Shown piece after piece: positions 38,350-51,987 of a stretch of 64,000 nt of DNA. The notes under the pieces were generated by a model. That model was not told where the DNA came from and did not search any database. It was given only the letters and a program-made list of their open reading frames with translations. Source of the DNA: Phoronis australis (taxonomy: Eukaryota; Animalia; Phoronida). Location of the stretch: the NCBI GenBank assembly GCA_002633005.1, contig NMRA01000451.1, forward strand, positions 166,892 to 230,891, read 5' to 3'. How positions within the stretch are numbered: the first letter of the stretch is position 1; each line of letters opens with the position of its first letter. Made by a program: the position numbers and the translations under genes.

Positions 38350-38759
38350 AGTTCTGAAGTTTCTGAACCGTTATCTTATTCCACTCAGTTTTATCTGTTG
38401 ATTGTTTAATTGCGTGATGGGTGATCGGACTGCTGTTCAAGCTTGGGAAGTTTCGAATGGATATATAAAATACAAATTCATATTGAATATTATCCATTTG
38501 TGTGTAAATAGGGGCATTCAATATGCCATGAAATATGCCGTAAAATCCGGGAAAGTAGAGCTAATCAGTTAATAACGGTACAGCCTGTATTCCACGGTTG
38601 GTTTGCAATCTCCTGGTGGAGTACAATTCGCGTGTACAACGTCACATTTAAGTAGGCTCGTTCATCTGAGTTACCTAAAGCACTGATCCAAGACGTTGTT
38701 CCTGAAAAAACAGTTCCACTGCTCTAACAACAGCAAAGATTGATTGATGAAAATTCCGA

Positions 38760-41680
38760 CGCACGGTGATCAGGCGGCTACTTTTAGGTCTCGCTAGTTT
38801 TAATCTGGGTCATCATGACTCAGTTGTCGGCTACATTGCGACCACAAATAAAATCAGGTAAAAATCTAATCCAAATCAATCGAAAACCTCTTTGTTATGG
38901 ATGTATACAATATATCTATTCTGAGAACTAAGATATTTCCAGGAAGTGAAACAGCACTAAGTCGGGATTAGCAGAACATAAAGAAGCTTAGAGAAGCATC
39001 CTGGCAAAAGCTGATGGACTGTGGAACACTGCGGATCAGTTTGATGAAGAAGAACTGGAGGTGTATCAAACGTTTGTGCAGGAAAACAGTTGATTCGACC
39101 CACTGGCTTATAACATGTCTTTCTATAGAAGACTAACCGACAATGAGGACACAAAATGAAAGGGCACAGAAACGCATAGCAACGTTTCAAGACACCAGCA
39201 GTTTAGTATTAAAGCTGACTCTGCTGAAAGTGACACAGATGTGGCCCAAAATGTCCCAAGAAAATCAGACTTTTAAAATCTGAAACAAAACAATTACTAG
39301 AAGTTTGTACATTCTGACACCTGAGCGCATCATTCGCGAGCAAGTAAAGTATATTATGGGCCATATTTCAAGAAAGCGAAAGAAAGGACAACGTTCTAGC
39401 GTTCAATACATAACTGTTGTGTTTTTGTAGGGTGCATCTTTGTGTTTTCAAATCTGTTTGGTATTACCACCCGACCTGTTTTTTTTTTAATAAAACTTGT
39501 TCAGCTCCTAGGCTGCCCAGACAACTGGCCTCAGTAGAGATGGTAGCCAGACAAAAGGCCCTCCATACGCCTGAAGCTTTTCGACGAATTATACATCACA
39601 CTTGTTAAACCATCGAAATCATGTGATTATGAGTTTAGAAGTGCCTTTTACACATAGAGGACGCCATATGAGTAAGTAGATTTCTTTATTTTTTCCCAGC
39701 TCGAACAAAGACTCTCGCAATCATACTTTTTTCGAATAGCCCGCCGTTCTGTTGCCCAAGTCGGCAAATGGACTGCGAGCACCACTGTATAATGGTATGG
39801 CGTCATGCCACGGGTGTGATTTTTAAGCACTTTGAACCACTTGAGAAGCTTAAATGAAGTAGATGGTTTCAATGAAGTATTAAATCAGTATGCCATCGTT
39901 ACCCGCCGTAATCCGGGGACAGGGGGTACCGTACGTTTCTTAATTTTTCGTAAACATCACTTAGGTGGTTGCAATGAGCTGAGGGTAAATTGAAATATAC
40001 CCAAGTGGCCGGCATCCTCTGTCGTAATCTGAGGACCGGGGAAAACCCCTGTCCATTTTGCCAAACGTCGATTACCTTAACGGACTGTAAAATCCGTAGA
40101 CTTCAGTATGAGCATCTGATTAAAGAAATTAAATTTAACTTATTGAAGTGGCACATCAGCCGTATCAACTAATCTAACAGTCTCACGGTTAACATTTTAG
40201 GCGACAGATCAGACGGCATTTAAATGTGTTAGGCTACGGTTAGTGGATCAAGAAAATAACAAGACGAAGATGGTGAACAGAGAAAAATCCACTGTTTTCA
40301 GTGATGTTTTTGTACAGTTTTGTTTGGAGTTCATTGAATCAAAGGTTCTAACTTCTAAGATGCCATTTGCCTTCCAAAATTAAAGCAAGGGTTTGACACT
40401 ATGCTTCAGAAAACTAGTGTGAATGGAATTAATTCGACAGGCAATCTTAGCGAAACGAATGTTGAAACTGGCCACAGCTGCAATTTGTACCCAGGTAAGA
40501 GACATGAAAGTGAACTGGGGCTAGTGTTCAATGATTCACTTGCTGAGGAATCAATAAACACAGCTCATTATAACTTATTTTGAATAAAGCATGCGCCCGA
40601 ATCCTGCCTGCCTCCAATCAAGGACTGTTTGGCCCTTCATTGCATGCGGGCTAATTACCCGTGCTCCGTATCCATACATGCATGCAGCCTCTTTAGTCGG
40701 GCTTAGCTTCTTGGCGGTGGAGCTTTGCAGTTAAAATGGATGGCAATGTCCAAAGCCCTCCATTGACAATACTCAACGATGTACGCTGCAAGTGCAAAAA
40801 GAGCATTTCTACACTAGGGAAACCTTGTTTGTGCTGTAATGCCGGGTTCAACTGTACAGAAATGTGCAGTTGTAAGAACTATAGAAACATCAGCACCACT
40901 GACTATAACTTTGGACAGTGATGGTGACAATGGAGATGGTATATTTTAAGTCACCCATAGTAGATAGACCGCCAGCTTCTCCAACCCCATCATTTCTATA
41001 TATTTGCGTGTTAAAAAGTGTGAGTTGTGAGTTTAACTTGGTATTTTAGCCATAGCAACTACATAGTTTGATCATTGTCAGGTATTTGTCGTATACCTTA
41101 CGAGACACTGTCAGAATAACCTAGTATTTCATATTGGTGATGTGCACATTCCCAGAGATCATTCAAATATGTTGTTTTTGTTCTACATATTTCTGGTATT
41201 TATGCAAACGGGTTGTATTATATTCCATAAGTGAATGGTGCAGTCACTGAATCACACTTTTGACTATTCTCAAGTCTACTACTGTGTTATTTTGCTTGTA
41301 CGAAAACGCCAGAATAACCTTCTAGTAGCATCTAGACTTGGTGTCACTTTACATTTTATTAAATTCCATTGTGTGCAACTGCTCTACTGAAGTGAAACAT
41401 GAAATGTGAGTGTATTATTGTTAAATACAATGATATTGGTGAGACCTGATTACTTGTTTTACAAAAAGGAGGAAAAGTGTTGTTTTTACAAATACAAGTT
41501 CACTTAGCTCTTTGGTTACTATTACGTTCGTAACTTCAAATTCAAACTTCTCAAAAACAGATTTTGAAAACACATTGGTAAATGAATTTTAAGTCATCAA
41601 TATAAAATTGCCTCCCCCTTCCCCCTAAAGCACTAACAAAAAAGTATTTTCTAGAAGTCCTACAAAACTCGGCCCTTTGC
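38760..41680 (+). mobile_element. Academ-like transposon remnant (unit B, longer than in unit A)
   Basis: 'LPPIKDCLALHCMRANY' and 'PPLTILNDVRCKCKK...CLCCNAGFNCTEMCSCKN'; homologous to 28140-30052. The left boundary is uncertain. Confidence 0.7.
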
Positions 41681-44600
41681 AAGACAGTTATTGAAGTACG
41701 AACAAAAAGTGAGGGGACCAATGTGAGCCCGTTGAGCTATTTTGGAATTGCCAGCTTTCGTTGCTAAGTTTCTCGACTTCAGTATTGTGGTCTATGATGA
41801 GCCAGAATAGATCGGAGCAGTCTAGTCTCTGGGTAGTCACTAGTATAGTACTACTTTACTTAGTTAATCCACCCGGTGACTACATGTCCTATTTTAGAAC
41901 TGCTCCTCCGTCTGCTGCTGCCCTTACTCGCAAAACGCTCTTTGTCAAATTATTTTGGAGGGGACTCACGAAATATCGTCGATTTCCATTCGTTTGGCAG
42001 TTCCTGGCGAGTCGGCTCATGGAGAGGACGGTCTCTATGCCTGGTGATTGCCATATCCCTTGGGTGTGAAGCTGTTGTCCGAAAGAAAGTGCCATTTCAG
42101 CGCATTCACATGCAACCGGTGACGTCACAAGCCTTGATTTCCGCGAGGATTTGTGATGTGTAACGAAATAAAAAAACAACGAATTTTGTTGTTTTATGGC
42201 TCTGGTTGAAGCGAATAACTTCCAAATGTCTATCCGCTAATAATCCCAAGAAAGCGTTCTTCGGCAGTGAAACCGAGTATGTTCCTTTAAATTAGGCTGC
42301 GGCAAAACTGAAATCGAAACGTAGTATAATGGAATACCACAGGTCATGGTGACCAAATAGGTAATATTGGGCGAACCATATTTTTGGGAAGGCATTGACC
42401 TTGTTGAAGGATCAAAGCCATTTCGGTGTCTGTGTTTTGGACTTTCCTGGGTTCTATCTTGCTGGCGTTCATTCGAAAATGTCTGGCATGACATCCTGTT
42501 GCTATTTTAGCTTTCACAGAAAACCACATATTGCTTGCTTTTGTGTGAAGGTTTGCGTGCATTGACATTACCTTTTTACAGTTGTCCAACATTATTGTTG
42601 CGACATCACGTTGTAGACACCCAGGTCTCATTTTTCACCGCTTAGGAACTTTTGCGAGCACGTGGGCACCGAAATATAACTTTCCGAAATGTCCTGGTGA
42701 ATAACTAAGGTCACGTAGGTCAGTTTGCAATCGATCAAACAACCACGTGATGGAAACCGAACAGAACCAGAAAAATCGCTTATTATTTCTGGCCACTCAT
42801 AGCTTCCGTTAAATTGCTTGACGCCGCAAAAAATAAACCTTCCTATATCACTCTGTTACTTCTGGGAAACCGCAGGCAATAAAGTCAATTGGTCTTGCAA
42901 AACCAAGAAGCTTACAGAGTTCTGTGAGAGTACAGCTTTTAAAACAGCCTTCTTGGAAACACCGTGTGTTTTGGTACATGACAATAACCGGGGCACACCA
43001 CCGATTGCATGATGCTATAGATAAACACTGGGGTGACCTGATTTACGTTTCTCTTGTCATATTAGGGAATGCTGCTTCCGCTTGGGTTACTTACCTTTGC
43101 TCAGATATTAAAAATAGGTTGCTGGACGAAGACTGGATGAGCATGTTATTCCCGCTGAACTGCTTAGTTTGAAGCTGCAGCCAACTGGCTTAAAGGCGAA
43201 ATCGAATTAAGACTTTTACTCTCATAGAACCGGTCTCATAATTTTCCTTGCCGTGCTAGGATCTTATTATCATTACCAACAAGAACGTCGGAACCTCCAG
43301 CCACTCAAGAAAACGCTTCACACTTAGAATTTTTATTTGTTAAACTTTGTTTTAGGCAGAAGTACGATGTGTAGATCTCTGAAATCAATTTACAGTGCTT
43401 GCGTGCGTAATATTATCCATATGTCTACCGGAGTAAAATAAGTGCGTCAACAATAATTTGATATTTTTTAGTCTTATTTCAATTATTTACGAGGTATTTG
43501 GAGAATGACCTCATATTGTGGTAGTTGATATCTAGTGTAATTAAGTAAACTGGCGGCCATTTTATGGTTGGGCGATAAGATCGTAATTTTGAATTATGGG
43601 ATAGAACTTATAGACTGTGTGATAGAATTCCATAAATGCAGATTTCTCGCCGTACATGCATTTCTAATGTCTACGGAACTCGGGAAAATTGAACGCAACG
43701 GCAAATTTTCTTTTAGCTTTTCAAGTGTTTTGGGATGACAATGTTTTCAAAATCTAAATTTCCATTTTACTCCCAGTTAGGGGACGTCCCTGTAGTAAAT
43801 AAGGTTAATGTTCTTCTTGTCATCCACCGACTTTCATAGATCAAGTAATGTTAAATATAGACAAACCTGTGGGTGGCAATATATTATTGAGTCTGAAAAG
43901 TACGGTGTGAATTCATTGGATGAAACCCAAGATGATCATCTGTCAACAAGTGAGCCGTAGGAACGCTTCCAGGTAACTGACCTTAATGCTTGGCAGACTG
44001 GCTGATTATATTGCCTTGGACGCAACTATAACTATTTCCCCGTCATTTATTTGCTTAGTTTTTTAATCATAGTCCACTAGTGTGACATCTTACGAGCAGG
44101 ACTCTTACTAAAGGACTAAGGACTAAATTTCAGAGCCCTGCAAATCACATTTAATGACTTTATTTAATAGCTAGTATTTTGAACTTGAAATTGAGAGGCT
44201 TCGCAAATTTGTGTTTAAGGTCATTAGCAAAGGTCCTGGCCTATTGTGTGGTAACAGGTTGTTTCTTTTTGACCTCTGGATATAGTTTGCGTGCCAGTCA
44301 TATTCTCGGTGTGCTGAAGGGCAAGAAAACATGTTGTGGAATAAGTCAAATCAATACCGGCAAATACCGTGATTAGTCTTACACTGAGCAGAACTTGGGG
44401 AGAGAGCTAATCCAAATGTCTCCAAGTCGCTGTTGAGGGATTAGACCCCTATATCCAATGCTTTTTCACTAGTTCTAGTGATTGTCCCGTTTTGCTTCGT
44501 TTTACTTCGTTTTATTGCTCATGTTTATTTTCTTTAAAACTAAGTATAAAAAGTATTGACATTAACTTTCAATCTCGATTTTGTTCTGTGCCGTACTATT

Positions 44601-45633
44601 TTTGAGCGGACTCACGTTGTCGTCGATTTTCACCACATGTTGTTTGGCAGTAAGTTGGTGACACGAGCTCGCTACGTAATTCAGTAGTGTCTGCAGAATA
44701 CTGAATTGACCCTGAACAGATTAATAACAACGGGCAAACGGTGTTCTCTACAGCGTTTTTAAACTCAAAAGTAAACATCAAACAGACCAGTCGAGTCAGC
44801 AAGTTTCCAAATAAGGAAGTCAATACAGTCAGAATCCTAACAATTACGTTTAAGTTTTGCAAACCACCACTTTCTCACTGTAAAGATGTTAGCATACAGT
44901 TGAGACCCCTATATGCCATTTTCCCCATTTTCATTTCGAATAAAATATCCATAACGGAAAAATAACGATTTTTGTGTCTCCCAATTAGAAATTATCAATA
45001 ATTCGCCGACCTGCGAGTGACGCATCAAAGCCCTCAAAATTCGTGACATACTTTTTCAAATACAGGTTACACAATCGAATATTCATTTACCAAGAAAATG
45101 TACTTGTCAGTTCTATGAAGGTATGTTACTAGTAATTTAAACCTCTCATTTTCAATAGGCAAAACTTAAAGTGCTCGAGCCCAATCGTCGAAATGGTCGC
45201 TGCAACCAAGGAATTCGCAAGCATGGCGCCTTCTACTAAACTCGCATAATATTATTTGTACCGTTTCCTGGCGAGAGATTTCTACAGTGTAAAGCCAAAA
45301 AGTGCCACAGCATGTCTGGGAGCCGTTTTGTCGCAACACAAACATGGCGCAATTGCAAAGATTCTTAAAACAACGCGAAAATGTGGAGCACAGACAACAG
45401 AATACGTGTAATCGATGAAAAAACAAAGCGTCGGTTCACGCTGGTGCGTCACACGGGATAGCTAGTAAGAAGCCAGTGGCTATTTAGATTACTGCACCAG
45501 TATTCTCTGGAATTCCAGTTTGATTTAAATACACCGGGAAGACTAAGGCAATCATGCACTTGGTGGGGACTCAGTTAGTTCCCACTAAGTGAAGCCAAAC
45601 AATCTGTCGTCAAATCGGTGAAATTTTGTGCTG

Positions 45634-45733
45634 TCACCAGGTGGCGAAACCGTCTCGTCCTCGAGTTGGCTCACTTAAAACTGTCGAACAAGTCGTAGAA
45701 CTCGACGACCTTTCGCGAGTCCGCTCAGAAATA
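45634..45733 (+). repeat. ~100-bp dispersed repeat family beginning TCACCAGGTGGCG (other copies 54290-54390, 58016-58117; inverted 44596-44671, 41949-42047, 30255-30330)
   Basis: Shared CACCAGGWGGCGA...GTCTCGTCC...TCGACGACATTTCGTGAGTCCGCTCA...AATA. Confidence 0.8.
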
Positions 45734-46853
45734 CGAAGTATTCCGGCGTGTAGGTGTTCGAATTTAACTTGAAATCCTCAAAATTATGAAACATGTTATA
45801 AGTAAAGCTTGCAATCACCGCATCCAAATAATGTGTTGTGCCTGTACGTGCGTCACCTGTGTGGCTATTGGAGCCCGTATGTTATATATATATGGCAGCA
45901 AAGACTTTACCGATATTTAATTCTGAGCACCATGTTAAGCCAATGATTGAGCCCATTGATAAATGGTAACATATTGTGCGTAGTTTTTGTGGCTTTAAAG
46001 CTCGTTATTCGCAAATTAACGCAAAATCCGACATCGGAGCTTCCCCCGTTTTTTCGCTGGTTCACTGGGCAGTCTTCTTAAAAGGTGGTGCTTTGGCAGA
46101 GGGTACGCGAAGTTTCGCACCAACGAAGCTTCCAACCTTAGCACGGTATGCCCGCCGTTCTAAAAACAACACCGTAATCGTCTTAATCCTTCAGTGTCTT
46201 GAAACGCTGGGTTAGATTATTTGCCACAATCCTCTCACCTCCGCAGGTATCTAACGCGAGTGTATTCAGAACAAAGCTGAGGTGTACTGTGCTTCAGGCA
46301 CAGCTACGTTTTACGACGAGTAAGTAGATGTTCTGGACCTTGGACAGCACATCCTACCGGTACGGTAGTTTCCCACTGGCGGATCTGGCACGTCGGGAGG
46401 TGACCGGCACACTCTCAAACTCTATGTTCGAGAGAATGTGCGAAGCCTCTAAACACTGCACGGCGATGACATTTCTTAGGTCGTGTCCGCGGCCGGGGAG
46501 AGCACCCTGCCCCACCGAAATCCGCACATATTACTCCCCATTGGTTTGGTATTACAGGAAATGTTAAAGATTTCAAGTATATCTGAACACAGAGGCAATT
46601 TCCCTGCGGAATAAGCGGCGTTGGTATTATTAAACACCATAAAATGTATAACTGTGTGACAGATCTCTGTTAAAATTCAAAAGTTCCAGCTTTTGTCGAA
46701 GCTGAGAGCTAATAGAATGACGACTTTAAAACCTGAGAAAAGAAGGTGTCCGCTTGTAGGCTTCCGCTTGCACTATTCCACAATTTCGTAAAAGATTCAT
46801 CTGTTAAGTCACATAGGCTAAATCCTCCTCAGTGCATGATTCATGCTCACCTG

Positions 46854-46989
46854 CAGGGGCGGATCCAGGATTTTGAGTTAGGGGGGGCCAAGGCAGAGTA
46901 TTAGCCAGGATTTTGCCATTCAGACATTCTGTTATTCCCGAACTGCCAAATGCCATGGCCCCCTTGGCCCCCCTCCAAATCCGCCACTG
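46854..46989. mobile_element. Short MITE with CAGGGGCGGAT / ATCCGCCACTG ends
   Basis: Terminal inverted repeat plus internal GGGGGGCCAAGG / CCTTGGCCCCCC symmetry. No clear TSD. Confidence 0.65.
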
Positions 46990-49900
46990 ACCTATATGAG
47001 ACTTATTGGTGAAGTGCACATGTATCCCCTCGATGCTCACCTGTGTACGCTATTCAATTATCATGGGGAAAATTTCGACAGTAATTACTCTCGTAACTGC
47101 GATCGAAACTTCGCTCATGTTTTTAGCGGGTAAAAGTTATAACCAATGAGAAATTTGTTCGTAGGTCACGTGAGCTGTGAAGAATGAGTGCTCTCGTAAC
47201 TTTACTTTGGCTTCGTATTTGTCGCTCGTAATTTTCGTTCTTTATTTTACTCTCGTATTTTTGTGCTCCTAAAATACTAGCGTAAGTTTGATCGATCTGT
47301 TTATGTTTAGGACCCTAAAATTCGGCTACCTTTGGAAAGTCATATCTCAAAAATGACTGGTTGCATCTACGTATGTAAAACTTTCAGATACTCTGCTTTA
47401 CACACTGTTCTCCAAAAAAAACTTGGGCGTGAAAAGTGTCATTGTATCATGGGTCATTCAGTCTTTCGCTCGTAAGCACAAAAGAATGAGCATAACTGAG
47501 ATTATGATCAGCGCGTGCAACTTCTTCAGAGCTGTCGTGACCTACAAAATTGGCTACAATGATTATGGTAAAACACGAAGTCTCCGGTCTTGATTACAAG
47601 TGTAATTACAAGCGGCACTTTCCCCCGACGGCCCACGATATTCAACTTACTCGGTTTCATCAAGACCATAATCTCGCAGTCACGTCTTCGAACCATTGAT
47701 GATTTGTGTTACGTAACGGGCCACATGGTGTGTGCCCCACATTTTAGTTGATTCTTGAGCCTACAAATTGCATTCACCTGCGTGCACTTGAAACATAACA
47801 TGACGTGCCCGCTGCGTCAACGCATACCCTCAGTTATTCCAGGTGTATGTGTTAGACAGGGAGTCTGTACAGTACGTAAACAACACAGATTTGGCGTTTT
47901 GATATGCCCGCAAGCCCGGATTCACATCTCCTTTATGTGGAGGCTGAAAAACGCATTGTGTGATGATTTTCAGCACACTTCAGAGACGAATCGGACCAAT
48001 GAAGAACTCGACTATTCTACTGATTTTGTCTGCATTACCCGGACTCGCAGTGCAACAGTAAAACTATTGACATCAGAGGGACAAATGACAAACTAACCTG
48101 ACGCGAAATAGTACTCATCACAGTGGCAGATTTGGCAGCTGTGTCCCAGTTGTTGGTAAACAGCGTTTATTGCAGCCAGAATCCACGCTCTAGTGGCTTC
48201 CATCCTCAGCAATATAGGCATATTTTTTGCTAGAAAAATGAAATGGTACGTCATAACAACATGATCTGACAAGGGCTTTGTGTGCTGCAAAAAAATATTT
48301 GTGAAAGCAGCACGTTTACATGTAGATTCCGAGCCGAGAAACACGATTAGCGAGAACGGTCACTAAAAGTGAGATTGTCCCACCTTAAGTCGGGCGGTTG
48401 GCGATGAAAGGAAGCAAAATTCCTTGAAATAAATTGTCGCGGACTGCATTGGTTCAGAATAAATTTCTCTACTTTTGGGCAGCGAGCTTTCTCGCCTGTT
48501 TTACATTAACGTAGTGGATATTGCAGTAGAAATGCATACTCCTGATTCTCTGCAGAATGACCGTGGGTCACTCTGATTAGACAGTTGAAACCGTGGCGCA
48601 ACCAGGTGCATGACACACATAAGGTCTGTGGTGTATTATATCGTAGCTGTGTCGAGCGATCGGGTGCAGTGAGTGCTTGATGATATTATTACATCTTATG
48701 AATCTCATACTCGGGATCTCAAAGTACGCGGTCGGTTTCCATTTGTTTTGGTTGTAACTTGAATACGCCAGAGGATGTGTCGGATTGATGACGTTCTATT
48801 CACGGAGGTCGAGTACCGACTCGATCTGGTCTAGTTGAAAACGTTTTATCAGTGACAGGACATCAATTCAGTTAAACTGAATTTTTGTCCAATTGTTATA
48901 CATTAACTTATCTGACTATAGTTCCCAGTCTTAAGTGTGGGACACAAACCCTGAAGGTCACAGAAAAATGGTTCGAAAATCTGCTGGACTCGAGCTTGGA
49001 GAATAAGATGGTGGAAATTCAAACTAAAACAAAATAATGTTCGCATGTTGTTCATTGAAGAGAATTGGCGTGACCTTTGACCTAGGTAAAAATATTCCCA
49101 AAGACGCTTGACCTTTTGTAACCATCATCGGTGTCCCGGCCCAGAAACACTGCCAATCGAATTCCCAGCGCGACACGATTCTTTATAAAACTTACGATAC
49201 ACAAAATTACAAGAAACCATTAACATTACAACACAAGATGTTTTCAGCACTCAAGTCTAGATGCCAAAATCACGTCACTACCTGTTTTTAATTCTCCAAT
49301 TAGCGGTAGGGGCGCAAGGTAGATAGGTTAGCGTTATGGCGGAAGTCACCTCGGAAGACTCGTTTACTGATCGCGACTATAAAGAAAGTTGTTGTAATTG
49401 GTAACGCATTCCTTTTATCTCCGATAAAATCGGTCTCATATTATCCCTGATCGTAATACGGTTATATTTCCGTTATCAACAAGAACATCGAAATCAAGAA
49501 AGAGTTGCAAAGTTTCACTATTGGGGTTGGCCAAACCTAAAATGTCAAATTTAGAAAGAGGCGCGTGGACGCATTGCTTGTGGCCGGCTCATTCGGTAAC
49601 AATTCAAGATCATATGAGCTGGTTATGCTTTTAAACCTCGAAGCGAGTCGGTAATATTGAAAGCTAGAAAGTGCCGAATTGATACTTTTAATGTGCTTTT
49701 CTATAGTCAAAATGGATTTTGTCCACGTTCAGTGGTCAGTATTTTTGTCTAAATTGCGTTATCAACTGGCGCATTTAACGCACATATACTTCGGTTGTCT
49801 TCAGCAGGTTAGGCCATGTGATGTCACCATTGAACGTGTGCCATATATTGTTAATCGTCAGCTACGCTACAACGGGCGGGAAATGCCTTCCGTCACTATT

Positions 49901-51859
49901 GCCGGAAACAGCAGTGTTATTTTTGGGATTCGTTTTTTTTTTCTTCTAAATGTGTCAGCTAGTATGAAAGTTGGCGATTTGTTTCCAACTTAAAATTATT
50001 AGTATCAAGTTTCATAATATCTTCTGCCATTAATCGTACATCAATCAAGCAAATTGTCTCCATCCATGATTGAAACCAGATGTAGCGAGAACACTTGGAT
50101 TAATTTTAGGGATGGATGCTTATTTTCTGCAGTTGCCAAACGGCACGCAGTCCCGGGAACTGCCATTGGTTGGCCACCTAAAGGGCCGCTGTACGTCACT
50201 GTCCCACGCATCACCATTTATGGCGTGACCATCTATGACGGCGGCTATTTTAAGTGTAGCTTGCAGCCTTGCATGGTCGAGTCATTCGCTACTTGCCGGG
50301 ACTACTAGCTGGTCGTTGGTCATATCACAGGTGATTATTTTTTCTAGTTTACTTGACTGAGCTCTAGCATATTCAACGAATTAAAATGTTACGTTTGATA
50401 GCTATTGAGTTTTATGTCAAACTGGTGTAAATTTCGATACATCAAAGGTGCAAAAAACCTCGCTTTAGTCCACTTATTGCTTATTCAGATTCGCATTGAT
50501 TCACAGGCTTGAGAAAAGTTAGTGGTCGAAATGGCTTCAATCTAGTAAGTTGTTAGCCATAGTAGGTTAGTTTACATTGCCGATGCAGTGTGGCTGTCTG
50601 GGGAATTATTGTAACCAAGTCCAATTCAAAACAAAGGATAAGAATTACATGACACTGCTTTGGACGGAAAAGCAAGTACACCTGTAAAAAAGTTGATGTT
50701 TTTAACGCAAGAGCGTGGTTTATAAAGGTGTTAAGTCTTTCCAAATGGTCACTGGGCATTTTCTTGTCGGAATTAATATTGAGCGATGGTATATTTTTAT
50801 GTGTAGTAGAATTTCTTGCATATGCACTTTGGAGTGTACATTGTATATCCGTATCCCTAAGTTAGTCATTCAGCATTGATCGTCGTATAGATGATGTGAG
50901 TGTTACCCGTTCACGTGACCTAAAACGCGGCATAGTATTGGCAGCATTATTACTCCTTTATGCAGAATATTTAACTACGAAAATCGCTCTTAGGAAGAGA
51001 TTTTCTTTTCCTCTTTATTTTGTGCAAAATGCTACTAAAAATTTACATGTTAAATTGTATAGTTTGTGAGAGGTAATTTGAGAGGATTTTGGTTCAGTGG
51101 GTTGAATTAAATGTTCTTTTTATCAAAAGATATGTATTTTTGATTAATCACCATGCTTGTTGCACATTGGTTATTCAAATCATAAATGCTCACCATTGTG
51201 CTGATGGTGAAACTTACTTCACTTCCACCATGAAAGACCTCTCCTGCCCTCCATTTCTCAAGTTTTAGTTTATCCAGTTGGTGCAGTTGCGCGTTTGCCT
51301 ACGCTTGTGCGGGGAGAGGAACTTGTCAGTTTGAAAGTGCACGACCAGCGTTAAAATTTGAGTACATTTCTGCGATACTGGCGCAAGCTCGCATTGAAGA
51401 GAACAAAACTTCAAGTATACGCGCTTCCCTCGAGCACGGGAAATTATTGAAATTCTTCCCGTGCCCACCTGAGCAGGAAAAGCTAACTTTTGCCCTGCCT
51501 ATTGTATTTGGATATAGAACATGTGTTTATAGAAATCATATTTTGAAATTATGCGTGTTATCCGTTGGTACCGACCCCTGCATTTTGATTGACAGCTGCT
51601 CGAATTCCAGTCAATTTTCCGACCTTGGGCACTTGGTTTACTTGATCAAATTTTAAATCTTTCACTTCATCTTAACAAATTTTCACTTCATCGAGCAGCG
51701 TATTGAACGAGGTTATGGATAACCTCGGTATGTGTCTGGAAACCACGCATGTTTGGTTCATTAGAACTCTGCGTAGTTCCTTTCACCATGAAGGGTCCTG
51801 TTGTTCCTATGGAGTTATTAGCCGGGTTTCCTGTTGTGTTATAAGGGTTACCTGCCTCC

Positions 51860-51987
51860 CGTTCAGTAGCGCCAGGACCTCGCAAGAAAGCAAGACTTCG
51901 CGAGATTACGTGAGATACTGCCGTGTATTTTAAGTGAGAACACGTGACTTTGGCTAGATTTTAGCTAGGTCCTAGCGCTACTGAACG
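51860..51987. mobile_element. 128-bp fold-back element / mini-MITE
   Basis: CGTTCAGTAGCGCCAGGACCT ... AGGTCCTAGCGCTACTGAACG, a 21-bp inverted repeat with 1 mismatch. Confidence 0.75.

Larger units (their letters stand above)
22095..42842 (+). repeat. Head-to-tail segmental duplication: unit A ~22095-31055, unit B ~31056-42842
   Basis: Collinear homology along the whole unit, e.g. GCTAAGCCCAGCA at ~22097 vs GCTAAACCCAGCA at ~31057, and GGCCACTCATAGCTTCCGTTAAATTGCTTGA at ~31004 vs ~42791. Each unit holds one cystatin gene and one Academ remnant. Confidence 0.92.

Noticed and set aside
40736-40921. Cys-rich peptide as a metallothionein or toxin
   Set aside because: It is the CXC-like tail of the Academ transposase, preceded by the LPP...H..RAN motif.
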